Assembly (NCBI GenBank): GCA_963727055.1
Contig: CAVSEN010000002.1
Location: 992,199-1,056,198 of the forward strand
From: an uncultured Chloroflexia bacterium
GTDB taxonomy: Bacteria; Chloroflexota; Limnocylindria; Limnocylindrales; CSP1-4
Reading direction: 5' to 3'
DNA: 64,000 nt
Shown: positions 1 to 9,177 of the stretch, in pieces
Numbering within the stretch: the stretch's first letter is position 1
Layout: every line of letters starts with the position of its first letter
The notes under the pieces: model-generated
What the model was told of the DNA's origin: nothing
Database searches by the model: none
Seen by the model: the letters and a program-made list of their open reading frames with translations, nothing else
Translations under genes and position numbers: made by a program

Positions 1-82
1 GGGCGACCTTCAATCGGGCCCGCGGCGGCGATTGCCGAGCACGTCCTGAGCGTGGACGCCAGACCGGCAGCCGGCCCAGGTC

Positions 83-940
83 CTACTGCCCGGGATCCCG
101 CTCCAGCTCGGACGCCAGGGCACCGAGCAGGCGGCCGGTCTCGCGGGGCGCGGCGAGCATCAGGTCGGCGGCGGCCAGCAGCTCGGGCGGTGTCGCGTGG
201 CGGTCGTGGACGCCGACGTTGAGGGCCGCCAGGCGACCCTCGACTCGAGCCGCCCGGAGCACGTCGAAGCCCTCGGCATCGCTCACATCGTCACCGATCG
301 AGAGGACGGACGCCGGCTCGAGCTCGGCCAGGAGCCGGCCGATCGCATCGCCCTTGCCGCCTGCTCCGGCCGGCCGGAGCTCGACGATCAGCCGGCCATC
401 GAAGCGCTCCAGCGGGACGCCCGTCGAGGCCAGGGCCTCGTCCACCGCCGCGCCGATCGCCCGGCCCGCCCCGGCATGATCGGGCGCCTGGCGGTAGTGG
501 AGCGCGACGGAGCCACCCTTGACCTCGACGAACAGCCAGTCGGGATCGCCCAGCGCGGCGGCGACGCCCCGGCCGAGCCGCGCGGCAGCGGTCACGCCCG
601 CAGGCCCGGCCTGGCGCTCCACGAGGGCCCGCAGGTTGCCCCGGCGCGGCAGCCAGTCGGCCTCGAGGCCGTGATTGCCGAGGTAGCGAACGCCACCGAC
701 CCGCACCCGTTGGGCGACGTCCGACACCGCCCGGCCGGTCAGGACCGCCAGGGCGAGGCGATCGGGTCGGGCCTCCGCGAACCGGGCCAGGCGGCGGAGC
801 CCACGCCGGGCACCCGGGTCGATCCGGGCGCCCATCGGGTCGGGATCGATCTCGGCCAGCGTGCCGTCGAAGTCGCTGACGACGAGGATCCGTCCGGCGG
901 GCGCGGCCACCCGTCGGGCGAGCTCCGCTGGGTCGGTCAC
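83..940 (-). CDS. otsB: trehalose-6-phosphate phosphatase (HAD-IIB)
   Basis: 285-aa ORF with the HAD motif ILVVSDFDGTL near the N-terminus. LTGR and SIGDDVSD motifs follow in the expected order. Confidence 0.8.
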   Translation of the reverse strand: MTDPAELARRVAAPAGRILVVSDFDGTLAEIDPDPMGARIDPGARRGLRRLARFAEARPDRLALAVLTGRAVSDVAQRVRVGGVRYLGNHGLEADWLPRRGNLRALVERQAGPAGVTAAARLGRGVAAALGDPDWLFVEVKGGSVALHYRQAPDHAGAGRAIGAAVDEALASTGVPLERFDGRLIVELRPAGAGGKGDAIGRLLAELEPASVLSIGDDVSDAEGFDVLRAARVEGRLAALNVGVHDRHATPPELLAAADLMLAAPRETGRLLGALASELERDPGQ

Positions 941-944
941 GAGG

Positions 945-1385
945 CTATGGGGTCGAGGCTGACGGGGACGGCGTCGGGGAATGCGAGGCCGACGGGCTGG
1001 CGGTCGGGCTGGGGGTCGGCTTCGGGGTCGCGGTGGGCGTCGGGCGCGGCGTTGGCGTCGGCGCGACGGTCGGCCTCGGGGTCGGGGCAGGTGATGGTGC
1101 CGGCGCGGCGCTCGACGAGGGGCCTACCGACGGCGGAGCACTCGGCGACGGGCTGGGGCTGGGCGACGGCGAGGGCGACGGTGACGGTGAGGGCGACGGA
1201 CTCAGGCTCGGCAGCGGCGGGGTCGCCGCGACGTGACTGAGGGGCGGGGCCACGGCAACGATGATCGCCAATGCGGCGATCCCCGTCAGCAGCCCGGCGA
1301 CGAGGGCGATCGTGACGAGGATCCGCGTCGACATCGTGCGGAGCGTACCAGTACCACGAGCCCGCAGCGGGCCGGCGGGTTCCAC
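945..1385 (-). CDS. Pro/Ser/Thr-rich membrane-anchored protein
   Basis: One TM helix ([24 protein letters not shown]) is followed by (PS)n and PT-rich low complexity. Its stop lies 5 nt upstream of the otsB start. The start may instead be the internal Met at about 1334. Confidence 0.45.
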   Translation of the reverse strand: MEPAGPLRARGTGTLRTMSTRILVTIALVAGLLTGIAALAIIVAVAPPLSHVAATPPLPSLSPSPSPSPSPSPSPSPSPSPSAPPSVGPSSSAAPAPSPAPTPRPTVAPTPTPRPTPTATPKPTPSPTASPSASHSPTPSPSASTP

Positions 1386-1402
1386 GCTAGGATCGGCCGT
1401 CG

Positions 1403-2092
1403 ATGGAAACCTACGGCATGCTCGGGCGGCGGGTCGTCTCGGCCCTCCTGACCGCGGTCGGCGTCGTCCTGGTCGCGGCCGGGCTGCTGACCTATACCCA
1501 GCCGGTCGCGGCTGCGCCGCCCGCCCCGTCCGCCGCGGCCCAGCCGTCGGGCCCGATCGGGCTCCAGACCCTCGAGCCGCTCGTCACCCCGTCGCCCAGT
1601 GGTTCGGCTGCCGCCGCGAACCGGGTTGCCACCAGAGTCGTCGTGCCGGCACTCGGGATCGACCTGCCGGTGATCCTCCAGCCGGGCTCGGCCGACTCGT
1701 TCCCGCCGTGCAACGTGGCGATGTACATCCAGCAGCTCCATCAGCCCGGCCAGCCCGGGGCGACGTACCTCTACGCCCATGCCCGGACGGGGATGTTCCT
1801 GCCGATCCTCAACGCGTCCCTGGTCAACAACGGCAAGTCGATGATCGGGATGCTGATCGAGGTCTACACCAGCGACAACATGGAGTTCCTGTACGAGGCG
1901 GTCGCCGTCCGGCGCCATATCACCGACCTCGGCTCGGCATTCGCCACGACCGACCAGACGCTCTGGCTGCAGACCTCGGAGGGACCGCGGGGCACCATCC
2001 AGAAAGTCCAGGTGATCGCCAAGCCGCTCAGCTCGAGTCCGGCAGACCCGGCTGCGGCACACCCGACGCCACATCCCGTGTTCTGCCAGTAG
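1403..2092 (+). CDS. sortase-fold-like anchored protein with atypical active site
   Basis: N-terminal TM anchor. Motif order resembles sortases ([31 protein letters not shown]), but TLWLQTSEG stands where TLxTC is expected. The 3' end overlaps the convergent MFS gene by 65 nt. Confidence 0.45.
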   Translation: METYGMLGRRVVSALLTAVGVVLVAAGLLTYTQPVAAAPPAPSAAAQPSGPIGLQTLEPLVTPSPSGSAAAANRVATRVVVPALGIDLPVILQPGSADSFPPCNVAMYIQQLHQPGQPGATYLYAHARTGMFLPILNASLVNNGKSMIGMLIEVYTSDNMEFLYEAVAVRRHITDLGSAFATTDQTLWLQTSEGPRGTIQKVQVIAKPLSSSPADPAAAHPTPHPVFCQ

Positions 2093-3626
2093 GGCCGGTC
2101 CGCAGGGTCAGGCCGGGCACGATCGAGACGAGGACCAGCCCGGCGGCCACCAGGAACAGGACGACCATGATCTGGGCCGCTTCGCCCGCGGCCCACGTCT
2201 CGAGCGCCCCGACGACGAGCGGATCGTGCAGGTCACGCGACTGGAGGGCGACCGGGATGTACTGGAGGTAGCCGCCCGGCGTGTTGTAGATCTGATCGTG
2301 GAGCCGGTCGATCGTCGTCGAGCCATAGGCCGTCAGGACCGCCAGGCCGATCGCCATCCCGATCATCCGGGCCACCGTCACCGTCGCCGAGGCCACCCCG
2401 AACGCCGCCGCGCCGGCCCGCTCCACGGCGGCCGTCGAGCGGGCGGTGACGGTCAGGCCAAAGCCGAGGCCGAACGTGGCCATCGCCAGGCCGACCATCG
2501 CCAGCGAGGTGGCCGGCGTCCAGGCCGACATCGCGACGAGGGCCACGCCGCTCAGCACCAGTCCGACGGTCGTCAGGATCCGGAGCGACAGGACGCGGGC
2601 GATGAAGCCCGAGGCGAGGGCCCCGACCGCGGTCGCCGCGGCCAGCGAGCCAAGCGCCGCCTGCTGGTCGGCCGGCCCGCCGTACAGGACGCGATCCACG
2701 AAGACGGCCCCGCCGATGATCGCCGTCGCGAACGCGTAGCCGGTCAGCAGCGAGACGATCGCAGCCGAGGCGAAGATCCGGTCGCGGAAGAGGCGCACGT
2801 CGAGGAACGGCTCCGGCCGGCGCAGGCCGAGGGCGATCGCCACGAACAGCCCGACGAGGCCGGCGACCACCAGCACGACGGGCACGACATCGAGGCCGCT
2901 GCCGACCAGGGTCACGCCCAGGAGCAGGCCGCCGAGGCCGATCGTGAAGGCGATCCCGCCGGGGAGGTCGATGCCCGTCGAGCGGCGGGGCGTATCCCAG
3001 TCGCCGGTCGCCGCCCAGGCGAGGAGGAGGGCGACGATGCCGATCGGGACGTTGAGGTAGAAGACCCACCGCCAGGCCGGGGCCAGGATTGCCACGAGCG
3101 GCGCTGCCGTGATGGCCTGGTCGGAGAGGACCGTCGCCGGGTGAAGTGAGCTGAGGATCGCGGCCCCGGCGAACGGACCGGCGGCCATGCCCAGGAAGGT
3201 CAGCGAGCCGACGACGCCCAGCGCCCGGGGCCGGACCGCCGCGGGATAGAGGTGGGCCGCCGCGGCGGTCGCGACCGGGACGACGATCCCGCCCCCGAAC
3301 GCCTGGATCAGCCGGGCGGCGATCAGCTCGTCGAGGCCCTGGCTCGCCCCGGCGAGGGCGGAGCCGATCGTGAACGCGGCGAGGCCGACGAGCAGCAGCC
3401 GGCGGACCCCCCACAGGTCGGCCAGCCGGCCGGCCAGCGGCATCGTTCCGACGTAGACGAGGAGATAGCCGTTGACGATCCAGGACGCGGTCCGGAGCTG
3501 GGTCCAGTCGGCCAGCCCGGTCAGGATCGTCGGCAGGGCGACCGCCGTGATCATCAGCTCGAGGCCGGTCAGGAAGACGCCGACACCCAGGACGAGGAGC
3601 AGCACGGTCCGGTCGCGTCCGTTCAC
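2028..3626 (-). CDS. MFS transporter, DHA2/EmrB-like
   Basis: 532-aa polytopic ORF with MFS motif A (GRLADLWGVRR) after TM2 and many hydrophobic segments. Confidence 0.85.
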   Translation of the reverse strand: MNGRDRTVLLLVLGVGVFLTGLELMITAVALPTILTGLADWTQLRTASWIVNGYLLVYVGTMPLAGRLADLWGVRRLLLVGLAAFTIGSALAGASQGLDELIAARLIQAFGGGIVVPVATAAAAHLYPAAVRPRALGVVGSLTFLGMAAGPFAGAAILSSLHPATVLSDQAITAAPLVAILAPAWRWVFYLNVPIGIVALLLAWAATGDWDTPRRSTGIDLPGGIAFTIGLGGLLLGVTLVGSGLDVVPVVLVVAGLVGLFVAIALGLRRPEPFLDVRLFRDRIFASAAIVSLLTGYAFATAIIGGAVFVDRVLYGGPADQQAALGSLAAATAVGALASGFIARVLSLRILTTVGLVLSGVALVAMSAWTPATSLAMVGLAMATFGLGFGLTVTARSTAAVERAGAAAFGVASATVTVARMIGMAIGLAVLTAYGSTTIDRLHDQIYNTPGGYLQYIPVALQSRDLHDPLVVGALETWAAGEAAQIMVVLFLVAAGLVLVSIVPGLTLRTGPTGRTRDVASGVPQPGLPDSS

Positions 3627-3701
3627 GGCGCGAGTGTAGACGGACCTGCCCGCGCGTCAGGGCGGCGCGCCCCAAGCCCGGCCCTCAGGGCCCGCCTCTG
3701 G

Positions 3702-5144
3702 TCAGGGAGTGAGCGACTGCCAGCTCGCTCCGCCGTGGGTCGTCGTCACCAGGTGCGAGTCGCCCTGCGGATCGGTCCATACCGCCCAGCCATGGTCCAG
3801 GTCGATGAACCGGGCATCCTGGAGACTCGTCCCGAGGCCGGCGATCGGCGTCCGGGTCGTGATGTGAATCCAGCCGGTGCCGCCGTTCGTGGTGTGGACG
3901 ACGTCCGAGCCGTCCGTCGCGATCCAGGTCTGCTGATCGAGGATCGACACATGCAGGGCGCCGGTCCCCGGCACGTGCGACAGGAATGACCACGTCGCGC
4001 CGCCGTCGGTCGTGCGGTAGATCCGGGTCACGTTGCCGGCATCGGCCTGGAAGGTGACCGGCACGAGCCCCGACTGGGCATCGAGGAAGACCGGCTGGCC
4101 GAACGTGCGCAGGGCACCCGACATGCCCGCCGGCGCCGACAGCTGAGCGCTTGTCCAGGACTTGCCCGCGTCCCGGGTGTAGGCGATGCCCGACCCGATC
4201 GGGCCGCCGGCGATCACCCCGTTGTCCTGGGTGGCGAACGCGACGATCCCCTCGACCCCGTCCGAGCCGCTGCCCGACGGCCGATCGGCCGACCAGGTCC
4301 GGCCGCCGTCGGCCGTCCAGTACAGGTCGGTGTCATGGGCCGCGTTGGCCGTTCCGCCGGTGATCGAGGCATAGCCGTGGCTCGTGTCGAGGAAATCAAG
4401 GCCGACATCGCCCAGGGTGTCGCCCTGGTTGTGGAGCACCGCCTCGGGCAGCTCCGCCCGGCCCCAGGTCCGGCCGCCGTCGCTCGTCCGCCAGACGTCG
4501 ACCCGCCCGAAGCCGGGATCGGTGGACAGCCTGAACGGCTCGGCGAACGCGACCCAGCCGTGCTCCGGGTCGAGGAACTCAGCGTTGAGCAGGTTGGCCG
4601 GCGTGGTCCCGTCGTGGAGCGCCGGCGGGGTCATGTCGTACCAGCTCGCGCCGCCGTCCGAGGTCAGGACGAGGCGCTGGTCGGCGATGGCCCAGCCGTG
4701 GCTCGGGTCGATCAGGCCGACGGGCCCGACGCTCGCGGCGGGCGGAGCCGTCGCAGCGACGATCGGGGTCGGCGGCGCGCTCGGCGCCGGCAGCGGCGAG
4801 GCGGATGGTTCGGTGGACGGCTGGCCGGAGGGGCTCGGGGCGACGGACGGGCTGACCACTGGAATCGACGCCTGACCCGTCGGAGCCGGCGGGGCGGACC
4901 CGAGGTATGGACCGTGGCCGTTCTCCACGACGACGGCAAGCGCAATCACGGCAAACAGGCTGGCAGCGGCCAGCAACAGGCGAGCACCGGCCAGGCCTGG
5001 CCGGACCCGCTGCGGAGGCAGCGCGTGCAGCTGCTCGGCCAGTGCGTCGGGCGCCGTCGGCAGCGGCCGGCGGTGGAAGGCGGTCCGAAGGTTGCGGTCG
5101 AAGTCGTCGTCGACGTCGTGGTCCATTTCAGCCTCGGTTTCCAT
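3702..5144 (-). CDS. anti-sigma-like membrane protein with C-terminal BNR/Asp-box beta-propeller
   Basis: Starts at METEAEMDHD, overlapping the sigma gene stop by 17 nt. It has a short cytoplasmic part, one TM (LLLAAASLFAVIALAVVV) and a Pro/Ser linker. Seven S/T-x-D-G-G-x-(T/S)-W repeats follow (SDGGASW, SDGGRTW, ADGGRTW, RDAGKSW, TDGGATW, TNGGTGW, THGGASW). The track ORF 3702..5483 extends spuriously upstream. Confidence 0.75.
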   Translation of the reverse strand: METEAEMDHDVDDDFDRNLRTAFHRRPLPTAPDALAEQLHALPPQRVRPGLAGARLLLAAASLFAVIALAVVVENGHGPYLGSAPPAPTGQASIPVVSPSVAPSPSGQPSTEPSASPLPAPSAPPTPIVAATAPPAASVGPVGLIDPSHGWAIADQRLVLTSDGGASWYDMTPPALHDGTTPANLLNAEFLDPEHGWVAFAEPFRLSTDPGFGRVDVWRTSDGGRTWGRAELPEAVLHNQGDTLGDVGLDFLDTSHGYASITGGTANAAHDTDLYWTADGGRTWSADRPSGSGSDGVEGIVAFATQDNGVIAGGPIGSGIAYTRDAGKSWTSAQLSAPAGMSGALRTFGQPVFLDAQSGLVPVTFQADAGNVTRIYRTTDGGATWSFLSHVPGTGALHVSILDQQTWIATDGSDVVHTTNGGTGWIHITTRTPIAGLGTSLQDARFIDLDHGWAVWTDPQGDSHLVTTTHGGASWQSLTP

Positions 5145-5700
5145 CGAACGGCCGCACGGTGGACGTGCGGAGGTGCTCACGACCTTCGTGGAGGCGGGAT
5201 TTGACGGTGCCCAGGGGCAGCCCGAGCCGGGCTCCGATCTCGGCCAGGGGCAGGTCGGCCCAGTAATGCAGGACGACGACCTGGCGGCACTCGTCGCGCA
5301 GCCCGCCCATCGCCTGGAGGATCGCGTCGCGCTCGATGAACGCCCCGAACGGGTCGCCGGCGGCGGCCGTCTCCGGCGAGCCCTCGAGGTCGATGAACCG
5401 GATCCGCTTTCGCCGGCGCATCCGGTCGCGGCAGACGTTGACCAGGATCCGGTCGAACCAGGCCTGGAAGCCGGCCGGGTCACGGAGCGAGCTCAGCCCG
5501 CTCCAGGCTCGCAGGAGCGCCTCCTGGGTCGCGTCCTCGGCCTCGGTCGCGTCGCCGAGGAGCAGGCCGGCCAGCCGATAGGCGCGGTCGAGCTCGCCGA
5601 TCGCCATCGCCCGAAAGCGGGCCTCGGTCGCCCCGGTGTCACGGGCCGACCGTGCCGGCTGCCGGCTGGATCCCACCGCGCCCTCGCTGATTGCCTTCAT
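5128..5700 (-). CDS. ECF (group 4) RNA polymerase sigma factor
   Basis: Region 2 (AEDATQEALLRAW ... FQAWFDRILVNVCRD) and region 4 HTH (LPLAEIGARLGLPLGTVKSRLHEGR). The start is taken at MKAISEG (5700), with MAIGELD (5607) as an alternative. The 440-aa track ORF is an upstream run-on. Confidence 0.85.
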   Translation of the reverse strand: MKAISEGAVGSSRQPARSARDTGATEARFRAMAIGELDRAYRLAGLLLGDATEAEDATQEALLRAWSGLSSLRDPAGFQAWFDRILVNVCRDRMRRRKRIRFIDLEGSPETAAAGDPFGAFIERDAILQAMGGLRDECRQVVVLHYWADLPLAEIGARLGLPLGTVKSRLHEGREHLRTSTVRPFDGNRG

Positions 5701-5794
5701 CCCCCGTACAGACGAACGGGGCGCCGGAAAGGTTCGCTCGGATCGTAGACCCCGGGCTTCCCCACGACGCCCGAGCGGGCCAGGGGCCGGCGCC

Positions 5795-5858
5795 CGGCCG
5801 CCGCCCGAGGGCCAGGGCCCGGCCGCCGCCCAGGGCCCCGCCGCGGCCCCAGGGCCCG
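5795..5858. repeat. about 24-nt GC-rich tandem repeat (2.5 units)
   Basis: cggccgccgcccgagggccagggcc is followed by cggccgccgcccagggcc... It is noncoding and lies upstream of the sigma gene. Confidence 0.6.
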
Positions 5859-5949
5859 ATATTTGCCAGATAGCGATCCAGGTGCTGGTCCACGACGACT
5901 CGCGGTCCCGGGACGTCGAAGGATGCCGTCCTCCACCGATCTCGAGCGT

Positions 5950-6026
5950 GAATTCGAGCCATCGCGGTAAGTGGACGGCCCAATCGAGGGCCGACGGGAC
6001 GTCTAACAGCACCGGGCGAGCTAAGC
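5950..6026. repeat. 77-nt dispersed repeat, copy 1
   Basis: gaattcgagccatcgcgg...cccaatcgagggccgacgggacgtctaacagcaccgggcgagctaagc aligns to 6573..6648 at about 85% identity, with a 27-nt core differing at one base. Confidence 0.8.
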
Positions 6027-6314
6027 GGCAAGAATCGCTGACCGAGCGAGCGACGGGGCGGCCATCCTCGGCCAAGTCGCCGGCCTCGCGTGCCGTCAGC
6101 GAACGATCAGGCAGGGCCGACGACACCTCGGACCTCCCGACGCTGCCAAAACGCGAGCTGGGTCGCGCGTATGGTCGCCCATCGCCTCCTCGGTGCACGG
6201 TTGCCGCGGCCCTCGTGCACGGATCGAGCCGGATCACGGTTCCGATCGCGGTCCAGGGTCCGCAGCCGACCCATAAGCGCGAATTGCGTCGCGTTATGTC
6301 AGGAGCGGCGGCAT

Positions 6315-6446
6315 GAGCCGGAGCCCGAGGCCGATCCCCGAGCCGAACAGCGGCTCGAGCCGGAGCCCCGAGCCCGAGGCCGAACCCGAGCAGCGGCCGA
6401 GCCGGAGCCCGAGGCCGAGGCCGATCCCCGAGCCGAGCAGCGGCGC
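6315..6446. repeat. 42-48-nt tandem repeat x3
   Basis: The unit gagccggagcccgaggccgatccccgagccgaacagcggc occurs three times with small indels. Confidence 0.75.
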
Positions 6447-6572
6447 CCAACGCAGCGGACCATCAACGACGGCCCACGAGCCGAACTCGCCAGGTATCGA
6501 CCACAGTGCTGATACGCGAGGCCTCACGATCCCGAGAAGTCGACGGACGACATGTCTGACCGACGTCGACGT

Positions 6573-6648
6573 GGATTCCGGCCGTCGCGGTGGCGGGCGA
6601 CCCAATCAAGGGCCGAGGGGCCGTCTAACAGCACCAGGCGAGCTAAGA
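6573..6648. repeat. 77-nt dispersed repeat, copy 2
   Basis: ggattccggccgtcgcgg...cccaatcaagggccgaggggccgtctaacagcaccaggcgagctaaga, in the same orientation as copy 1. Confidence 0.8.
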
Positions 6649-6652
6649 GCCG

Positions 6653-6716
6653 CCCGAGCCCCGAGCCCGAGGCCGAGCCCCGAGCCCCGAGCCCGAGCCG
6701 AGCCCCGAGGCCGAGC
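6653..6716. repeat. degenerate CCCGAG short tandem array (about 11 units)
   Basis: cccgag ccccgag cccgag gccgag ccccgag ccccgag ... The array ends about 30 nt upstream of the -35 hexamer at 6748. Confidence 0.75.
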
Positions 6717-6747
6717 CGGCCATGGCCGCAGGCACACGACGAGCCCC

Positions 6748-6777
6748 TTGACATCCGGCGCGGCACGAGCCTAGGAT
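6748..6777 (+). promoter_or_regulatory. putative sigma-70-type promoter of the ArsR/PI operon
   Basis: TTGACA (6748-6753), an 18-nt spacer, then TAGGAT (6772-6777). An AT-rich palindrome TTTATATAAA follows at about 6788-6797. Confidence 0.4.
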
Positions 6778-6962
6778 CAACAACACTTTATATAAATGAC
6801 CGTTGAGCCTTCGACCGCCGGAGCGCGGCCGGGGATCGCGGTTCCGCCCGGAGCACCACCCTGAGCCCGTCACCCGCCCGGATCCGCTCGACGATCGCCT
6901 CGGTCGTCGACCAGCCCGATGAGCTGCGCAAGATCCGCCTCTTCCACAAGGCCCTGGCCGAC

Positions 6963-7202
6963 GTGAACCGGCTGCGGATCGTGCAGCGCCTGGCCGGTGG
7001 TTCGGCGTCCGTGACCGAGCTGATCGACCACGTCGGGCTGAGCCAGCCGCTGGTCAGCTGGCACCTCGGCAAGCTCCGCGCGTCGGGCATCGTGACCACC
7101 CGCCGGATCGGCCGGGAGACGATCTGCAGCCTGCGCCCCGAGGCGTTCTCCGAGGCGGCCGCCCACGAGCGTGACCTCCTCGGGATGGTCCCCGGCCGAT
7201 GA
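6963..7202 (+). CDS. ArsR/SmtB-family HTH transcriptional regulator
   Basis: [41 protein letters not shown] is a classic ArsR wHTH. The frame is open upstream to 6807 (…[12 protein letters not shown]) with no ATG/GTG, so the N-terminus is unresolved. The stop overlaps the next ATG (ATGA). Confidence 0.7.
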   Translation: MNRLRIVQRLAGGSASVTELIDHVGLSQPLVSWHLGKLRASGIVTTRRIGRETICSLRPEAFSEAAAHERDLLGMVPGR

Positions 7203-7886
7203 GCGCGCCGCTGCCCGGGACCGCCGCGACCCCCCAAGGCTTCCGGAGCCGCATTCGCCACGTTGGCGAGCCCGTCGCCCTCTTCTTCGGCCGAATCGGG
7301 CTGACGCCGAACGCCCTGACCCTGCTCGGCTTCCTGATCACTGTCGCCGGGGCCGCCTTGGCGGCGGTCGGGCTGTGGCTGGCCGCCGGGATCGTCGTCT
7401 TCCTGGGCGGGGTCTTCGACATGTTCGACGGCGCGCTCGCCCGGGCGACCGGCCGGGCCAGCAAGCTCGGCGCGTTCCTCGACTCCGTCTTCGACCGCTG
7501 GGGCGAGGCGGTCGTCTACGTCGGGATCGTCGTCGGCTGCCTCGGCGTCGGCGTTCAACCTCGGCGCCGGCCTGGCCGCGTTCGCGATGGCCGCGGCATT
7601 CCTGGTCAGCTACGCCCGGGCCAGTCCGAGGGCCTCGGCTTCAGCCGGGCAGCGGCATGGCGGCCGTGGGGCTTGCCCCGCGCGAGGTCCGCCTCGTCAT
7701 CCTCAGCCTCGGCCTGCTGATCAGCGGGCTCGCCGGCGGCGTCCAGGCCGCGCCCTCAACCACCTCGAGCGGTGCCCTGGTCCTGGCGATTGCCCTCGGC
7801 CTCATCGCCGTCCTCGCCACGATCACCGTCATCCAGCGCATCCTCCACGTCACGCAGCCAGGCCGCCCCAACCGACGGCCAAGTAG
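7199..7886 (+). CDS. pgsA: CDP-alcohol phosphatidyltransferase, likely phosphatidylinositol-phosphate synthase (frameshifted as sequenced)
   Basis: [27 protein letters not shown] matches the D-G-x2-A-R-x8-G-x3-D-x3-D motif. The protein continues through at least 3 frame changes (about 7548, 7622, 7648) into ...[24 protein letters not shown]...VIQRILHV. The end is taken at TAG 7884-7886. Confidence 0.7.
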
Positions 7887-7898
7887 GAGAGACCACCC

Positions 7899-9170
7899 GT
7901 GCCGAAGAACGACACCAACGGACACGACCGCGACGAACGGCAAGTCGGCCGCGGCCGCCGCGAGCAGCCCCAACAAGAACCGCGCCGGCTACGGCCGCAA
8001 CGACGGCAAGATCCGCGTCGCGATCGTCGGCGTCGGCAACTGCGCCAGCAGCCTCGTCCAGGGCCGCTACTACTACGAGAACGCCAAGAAGGACGACTTC
8101 GTCCCCGGCCTGATGCACGTCGACCTGGGCGGCTATCACATCCGCGACATCGAGTTCGTGGCCGCCTTCGACATCGACAAGAACAAGGTCGGCAAGGACC
8201 TGTCCGAGGCGATCTACACCAAGCCGAACAACACCTACGTCTTCCAGCAGGTGCCCCACATCGGGCGTCAAGGTCGAGCGCGGGATGACCCACGACGGCC
8301 TGGGCAAGTACCTCAGCCAGATCATCGAGAAGGCGCCCGGGCCGACGGCCGACGTCGTCGGCATCCTCAAGGAGCGCGAGGTCGACGTCATGGTCTCGTA
8401 CCTGCCCGGTCGGCTCCGAGGAGGCGACCAAGTGGTACGTCGAGCAGGCGCTCAAGGCCGGCGTCGGCTTCGTCAACGCGATCCCGGTGTTCATCGGCCG
8501 CGAGCCCTACTGGCAGCGCCGCTTCGCCGAGGAAGGCCTGCCGGTCATCGGCGACGACATCAAGAGCCAGGTCGGCGCGACGATCACCCACCGCGTCCTG
8601 ACCCGCCTGTTCATGGACCGCGGCGTCCGCCTCGACCGGACCTACCAGCTGAACTTCGGCGGCAACACCGACTTCCTCAACATGCTCGAGCGCGAGCGCC
8701 TCGAGTCCAAGAAGATCAGCAAGACGAACGCCGTCACCTCGATGCTCGACTACGAGATCGACCCGGACGACATCCACGTCGGCCCGAGCGACCACGTGCC
8801 GTGGCTGCTCGACCGCAAGTGGTGCTACATCCGGATGGAGGGCACGACCTACGGCGACGTGCCGCTCAACGCCGAGCTCAAGCTCGAGGTCTGGGACAGC
8901 CCCAACAGCGCCGGCGTCGATCACCGACGCGATCCGCTGCCTGAAGCTCGGCCTCGACCGTGGCCTCAAGGGCACGCTCGTGGCACCGTCGAGCTACTTC
9001 ATGAAGAGCCCGCCGCATCCAGATCCACGACGACATCGCCTTCAATCGCGTCGAGGCGTTCATCCGGGGCGAGGACAACGAGACGCTCGTCGGGACCGAG
9101 GCGCCGATCAAGAAGACGTATCGAGCGGATGGCCGGGACGAAGGCGAAGGTCGCCGCGTCTGCCAGCTAG
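7899..9170 (+). CDS. ino1: myo-inositol-1-phosphate synthase (frameshifted as sequenced)
   Basis: GTG start with AGGAGA 8 nt upstream. Fragments in all three frames include [69 protein letters not shown] and [11 protein letters not shown]. There are at least 5 frame changes, and the exact 3' end is uncertain. Confidence 0.85.
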
Positions 9171-9177
9171 GCCGGCG

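Noticed and set aside
5128-6450. 440-aa version of the sigma factor, and the 593-aa version of the anti-sigma (3702-5483).
   Set aside because: The N-terminal extensions cross tandem-repeat DNA (for the sigma factor) or the wrong frame of the sigma gene (for the anti-sigma). They have no sigma or anti-sigma features. Internal starts with the expected domain boundaries are available.
5950-6648. Conserved peptide LARxVLLDxPSALDW on the minus strand of the two 77-nt repeats, as a possible small gene.
   Set aside because: The frame requires two TTA Leu codons, lacks a start and an SD, and is interrupted outside the repeat. Conservation is better explained at the nucleotide level.
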